A stretch of 64,000 bases of DNA, from positions 7,601 to 71,600 of the forward strand of contig JAGYLC010000001.1 in NCBI GenBank assembly GCA_018401235.1. Reading direction: 5' to 3'. The notes under the pieces are model-generated. The model had not been told where the DNA came from, did not search any database, and saw only the letters and a list, made by a program, of their open reading frames with translations. The position numbers and the translations under genes are program-made. Positions 60,949-64,000 of the stretch are shown piece by piece; position 1 is the stretch's first letter, and each line of letters starts with the position of its first letter. The stretch comes from Kiritimatiellia bacterium. GTDB lineage: Bacteria; Verrucomicrobiota; Kiritimatiellia; SS1-B-03-39; UBA6053.

Positions 60949-62067
60949 ATGCGAATTGGAATCCAAGTCGAGCCCTCCCACAGTTTCGGTCGCTCCATGT
61001 ACGGTCAACTGATCACCCAAATTCGGGAGTCCGGATGGACGCCGGTGATGAAGGATCAACCCTGTCTGCCCTGGGATCAAGTATCTCCCGACCGGGTGGA
61101 CGTGTGGGTGGGCAACGTGCGCAGTCGCGAGGCCGAGACCGCCCTGATCGGCAGCGGGGTTCCCGTGATCAACTACGCCCACGCCTTCCGCACGCCGTGT
61201 CTGCATCAGGTGATCCAGGATCAAACCGCCATCGGTCGCATGGCCGCCCGCCACCTCCTGCGCGCCGGTCGGGGATCCGCCATTGCCCTGGGATTCCCGA
61301 ACGCCCCCTACAGCGAGCAGCGGGTGTCGGGTTTTATTGAGTCCCTTCGAGAGGCCGGACAGCCCGCAAAAGCGATTTGGATGCGGCCCGATGGCGACCT
61401 TCACGCCCTTTTCGCTGAACACCGGCGACTTCTCCTCGAAACCGGCGCCCTGTATTGCATCAACGATACCCTTGCCGCCCGGTCCATCCTCGCCCTGCAG
61501 GCCCTGGGCATCGACGTCCCCCGCTCCCTATCGGTGATCGGCACCGATGCCGACGAAATGTGCAATCACTGGCTGGGCCGCGACATCACCTCCGTTATCA
61601 ATGACTATCAGGCGTTGGCGGAAGAAATCGTAACTCTGCTGCACGAACTGGAATCACAACCCGACCTCCCCCCCCGCCTGCGCCGGGTGCCGCCGCTCAG
61701 CGTGTTCACCGGTGAAACCGTGATGCTTTATCTCGGTTCGGATCCCCGTCTGGTCCGGGTGGCCGAGCAGGTGCAGCACGAAGAGGCGGAACGATTGACC
61801 GTCGACGATTTGGCGGCCCTGGCGCACATGTCCCGCCGCAACTTCGAGCGCCACGTGCGCCGGGAAACCGGACGCAGTCCCGGCGCGTTCCTGCGCGAAG
61901 CCCGCATGCGCCGCGCCCAACGCCTGCTCGCCAACCCCGACCTCTCCATCGACCTCATCGCCGAACGCTGCGGTTACGCCGACCGTAACACCTTCTCCAC
62001 CCGCTTCAAAACCGAAACCGGCCACAGCCCCGCCCGCTTCCGCGAACGCCTCCGCCGGATTCGGTGA
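60949..62067 (+). CDS. XylR-type AraC regulator with periplasmic-binding-fold sensor
   Basis: GRMAARHL, VPRSLSVIGTD, C-terminal AraC HTHs. Confidence 0.85.
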   Translation: MRIGIQVEPSHSFGRSMYGQLITQIRESGWTPVMKDQPCLPWDQVSPDRVDVWVGNVRSREAETALIGSGVPVINYAHAFRTPCLHQVIQDQTAIGRMAARHLLRAGRGSAIALGFPNAPYSEQRVSGFIESLREAGQPAKAIWMRPDGDLHALFAEHRRLLLETGALYCINDTLAARSILALQALGIDVPRSLSVIGTDADEMCNHWLGRDITSVINDYQALAEEIVTLLHELESQPDLPPRLRRVPPLSVFTGETVMLYLGSDPRLVRVAEQVQHEEAERLTVDDLAALAHMSRRNFERHVRRETGRSPGAFLREARMRRAQRLLANPDLSIDLIAERCGYADRNTFSTRFKTETGHSPARFRERLRRIR

Positions 62068-62103
62068 AATCAGTTTGTCTTCTTAGAAGACGAAATACCC
62101 AAG

Positions 62104-63650
62104 CTAAGAAACACCCCCCCCAATCAACAGAATGCCGCTTCCCACTGTGGCGATTTCCCATCGGGCGGAGGGAGTATTGGGCAAGGACAGGAAAAACAGC
62201 ATCAGCACCCCAAGCACAACGGTGACGCCTCCGATGGCCAGGTATTGAAATCGATCATTGGATACTCCGATTTCTTTATCGTAATCGATCGGAGTATGCA
62301 TCCGCTGATAAAACGCGGCCACCCGTTGGCGATATTCCGGGCCGGCAAAGCGCCATAAGGGCAAGCTCAGCAGACAACCGGCCGCACTGAAGAGGTAGAT
62401 CCACATTAACCGATCCTGGATCGGCCATGACTTTCCTCCCATGCTGCTTTGAATCACAAAATACGCAGAGGGAATCATCGCGAACACTATGATGGTGTAA
62501 TACGCACTCCAATGCAGTTTTCGTATCCATAACGCCAGCAGGACCGGCATTCCCAGCGGCAGGCCAATGATCGCGGATATCATCAGGTAGGCATCGAAGA
62601 GCGATAATTGTTCCTGATGTTCAAGCAGCAACCCGATCAGGATAATATACACTCCCAGAAACATCGTGCAGAGTCTGCAGGCAAACACTTCCGAACGCGG
62701 AGTGAGAGGGGGTACCTTCAACCTACTCCGCAAGCGGGGGATCATATTGTTGACGATGACGCCCGTGGTATTGTTCAATCCGGTATCCATGCTGCTCATG
62801 GTCGCGGCAAGCATTGCCGCCAGCATAAAGCCCATCATTCCGTTCGGCAATAATCTGCCCGCAATGTAGGCGTAACTTCCGGTGGAGGGCTCTTTCATGT
62901 CCAATGCCACGATTTCCGCCTCATACAAAAATCGTGCAACCATGGGCGGAATAAACCAAACCACCGAGCCTATCACCATGAGCAGACATGCCCAAATCGC
63001 GGCTTTGCGGGCATGCGAACCATCTTTCACAGATAAAAATCGTCCCGCCGTACCCAAGTTGATGTACCCCTGAAGTTGCAGCACAAAAATGACAAATATC
63101 CACTTCCAGGTGAATTTGTTGTCCGCAAACTGCCCCTCCTCCTTCACCCAACGAAAGTCAGCCGCGAATTCAGGCTTTTGAAAATAGCTGAAAAATTCTC
63201 CCAATCCCCCGATTTCCCGCAGGGCCAGCACGCACATCAGCACCGTAAGAGCAAACAAAATAATGCCCTGCACAAAGTCCGTGGCCATTACCGCCCAGCG
63301 TCCGCCGGTGGTGGAGTAGACCATCACGATCACCCCCAGAACAATCACAATCATCGAAGCGGGAATATGCAAAATCGCACTGGCAAACACTGACAGCGCA
63401 TATAACTGGGTGGCGGCACTTACCGGCTGAATCAACAGCGAAAAAAAGGCACTGAACTGTTCCACGCCCACATTAAACCGATCCCGCATGATGTCCGCCC
63501 AAGTGGTGGCGCGGGTTTGACGGAACCAGGGACCGATCCATGCGCATAACGCCAAACCCACGCAGTTGGCGGGGTAGATGACCAGCAACGACGGACCGGC
63601 CAAAAAGGCGGCCGAGGCATTTCCGGTGAAGGTGAATGCGCTGATTCCGG
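62104..63650 (-). pseudogene. Sodium:solute symporter lacking its native N-terminus
   Basis: ISAFTFTG, GGRWAVMATDFVQ, AATMSSMDTGLN; upstream sequence is the antisense of another gene. Confidence 0.7.
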
Positions 63651-63651
63651 G

Positions 63652-64000
63652 ACCAATGGCGTCCTGCCCAACAATTACCTCTTTTTCCTTCGAACCCATC
63701 GTGACCAGTTCATTCCCCGCGGGGTAACCCACACCCTCCACCATCGCTATGAACTGGTGGTAAACTACAGGGGCACCGGAACCGTTTGTCTGGAATCACG
63801 GATCTACCGCTTCGAACCCGGGAACGCCCTCCTGGTTAAACCGGGCGTGTTTCATCGCTATTTCGGGGTGCCGAAAACGGGATTTTCCTGGCTGTTCTTT
63901 ACTTTCGATTTGCATAAGGAAGCCGAACCGGACACCCTGCCGGGTGCTCCGGTTAAGCTTCAATCGGTCGATCTGGAACGCATGGACGCGGCCGCCCACC
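63652..64000 (+). pseudogene. AraC-type cupin sensor fragment (no start seen; runs off the window)
   Basis: HTLHHRYELVVNYRGTG..FEPGNALLVKPGVFHRY..WLFFTF; not in the ORF track. Confidence 0.6.

Overview
A 64-kb bacterial chromosomal window of moderately high GC. It is probably from a PVC-superphylum organism (Kiritimatiellota/Verrucomicrobiota-like); this is inferred from a PEP-CTERM remnant, a DUF3352-like protein and the sulfatase/AraC/SSS genes, not from a marker gene. The left ~45 kb is mostly intact housekeeping: argH, tRNA-Leu/Tyr, a Fur-family regulator, gltA, menE, asnS, a GH4/oxidoreductase sugar cluster, hup, carA-pheA-hisC-tyrA/cmk, nadE plus a NifA-like activator, aat, ruvB, psuG, dsbD, iscA, a cyclophilin and typA. 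Its spacers are crowded with short tandem and palindromic repeats. The right ~19 kb is a mosaic accessory region with three toxin-antitoxin pairs, an orphan Cys-free rpsD, a sulfotransferase-glycosyltransferase operon and many gene fragments joined at abrupt junctions (real decay or assembly chimeras). The best candidate for an undescribed system is a ParB-like N-domain / transmembrane / OmpA-MotB peptidoglycan-binding fusion (39768-40823). Other leads are a ~60-bp bipartite dispersed element with a fixed 20-nt spacer (3 copies), a ~170-nt rod-like RNA candidate, an AsnRS with a ~70-aa coiled-coil insert, a TyrA-Cmk fusion, and a divergent pair of zinc-ligand-free gluQ and rpsD. All calls were made by eye; no searches were run.
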